Shown: piece after piece, positions 62,042-62,758 of the stretch
Numbering within the stretch: position 1 is the stretch's first letter
How the letters are laid out: every line of letters begins with the position of its first letter
Assembly: GCA_023428915.1 (NCBI GenBank)
Contig: JAEYWL010000058.1
Span: 1 to 62,758 of the forward strand
Length of the DNA stretch: 62,758 bases
Reading direction: 5' to 3'
Origin: Verrucomicrobiota bacterium
GTDB lineage: Bacteria; Chlamydiota; Chlamydiia; Chlamydiales; JAEYWL01
The notes under the pieces: model-generated
What the model was told of the DNA's origin: nothing
Database searches by the model: none
Seen by the model: only the letters and a program-made list of their open reading frames with translations
Translations under genes and position numbers: made by a program

Positions 62042-62758
62042 TTGGCGCATCAAACACAGATATCAGTAAAAGACCTCTTAGAGGCCGGTGCACATTTTGG
62101 ACACCAGACACGCCGTTGGAACCCGAAAATGAAATGCTACATTTTCGAAGAACGCAACGGATTATACATCATCGATCTGGCAAAAACTTTGCAATTGATT
62201 CGCGTAGCTTGCGAATATGTAAAAGAGATCGTTGGCAAACATAAATCTATTCTAATCGTCGGCACTAAAAAACAGGCAAAAGCTGTTGTGCGCGAGCTAG
62301 CTGAACAGTGCGATGAATTCTACGTATGCGAGCGCTGGTTAGGCGGTATGCTGACTAACCTCTCAACTATCCGCCAGTCAGTAAAAAAACTGGAACGCAT
62401 TGAGAAAAGAATCGCAGCAGGCGGCGAAGGCCTTATTAAGAAAGAAATTGTACATCTTGGCAAAGACCAGGCTAAACTTGACCGCAACTTGTCCGGTGTG
62501 CGCAATATGCGTAAACCGCCAGGGCTTGTTATCGTTGTGGATCCAAGCAAAGAACACATTGCTGTGGCTGAAGCTAATAAACTCGGCATTCCTGTAATGG
62601 CATTGGTTGACACAAACTGCGATCCGGATCCAATCCAATACGTGATTCCTTGCAACGATGACGCTCTCAAGAGCATTAAGTTGATTCTGCAAGCCTTAGT
62701 AGATGCCATTAATGAGAAGAAAGCAGAAATGCGCGTGGCTGCCAGCAAAGGCGACAGG
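62042..62758 (+). CDS. rpsB: 30S ribosomal protein S2 (5' portion; runs off the window end)
   Basis: Frame opens with TTG at 62042. Translation is (M)AHQTQISVKDLLEAGAHFGHQTRRWNPKMKCYIFEERNGLYIIDLAKT...VCERWLGGMLTN...VVDPSKEHIAVAEANKLGIPVMALVDTNCDPD. No stop occurs before 62758, which is why it is missing from the ORF track. Confidence 0.93.
   Translation, partial: MAHQTQISVKDLLEAGAHFGHQTRRWNPKMKCYIFEERNGLYIIDLAKTLQLIRVACEYVKEIVGKHKSILIVGTKKQAKAVVRELAEQCDEFYVCERWLGGMLTNLSTIRQSVKKLERIEKRIAAGGEGLIKKEIVHLGKDQAKLDRNLSGVRNMRKPPGLVIVVDPSKEHIAVAEANKLGIPVMALVDTNCDPDPIQYVIPCNDDALKSIKLILQALVDAINEKKAEMRVAASKGDR

Noticed and set aside
62320-62748. 142-aa and 104-aa minus-strand ORFs at the window end
   Set aside because: They lie antisense to an unmistakable rpsB reading frame (AHFGHQTRRWNPKM...) that is missing from the track only because it has no stop in the window. 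Their translations are low-complexity shadow ORFs.
1-62758. Prophage, integrative element, toxin-antitoxin or defence island
   Set aside because: I recognised no integrase, transposase, phage structural gene, restriction-modification gene, Cas protein or small paired TA ORFs in any frame. The palindromic elements are therefore treated as non-autonomous repeats only.

Overview
The window reads as a chromosomal segment from a member of the Chlamydiota, most likely an amoeba-associated, non-Chlamydiaceae lineage; I cannot resolve the genus from sequence alone. Three features support this: a roughly 720-aa GreA with a long N-terminal extension, a gspC-position/D/E/F/G type II secretion operon followed by cryptic pseudopilin-like ORFs, and several eukaryote-like or Inc-like candidate effectors. 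Housekeeping content: sufBCDS, a ZnuABC-like metal importer, NDH-2, dnaB, a bS22-like micro-ORF, mnmG, an LplA-like ligase, mutY, hemB, greA, rdgB and the 5' part of rpsB. There are also three tRNAs: Ser-GGA, Ser-GCU and Gly-UCC. Accessory content: an F-box-like/ankyrin giant protein next to a PP2C phosphatase, and three tandem Sel1-repeat paralogs with a homogenised 5' module. A three-member family of signal-peptide proteins is built from 7-8 W-containing repeats plus an Fn3-like C-terminus. Also present are an atypical protein-kinase-fold protein, a lipase with a bilobed hydrophobic (Inc-like) domain, and an envelope/glycan cluster (GT4, GT2, beta-barrel OMP, eukaryote-type GT14, orphan YjbH-family OMP). 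I saw no transposase, integrase, CRISPR array, rRNA or recognisable defence genes. At least seven intergenic regions do carry long nested inverted-repeat elements, and two of them share sequence, which suggests a MITE/REP-like family. No single locus stands out as a clear novel system. My best leads for undescribed biology are the repeat-propeller/Fn3 secreted family (possible T2SS cargo), the Gly(-1)-less pseudopilin set with its co-translated 543-aa unknown, the Sel1 triplet, and the palindromic element family. All product calls come from motif recognition by eye, with no database search.
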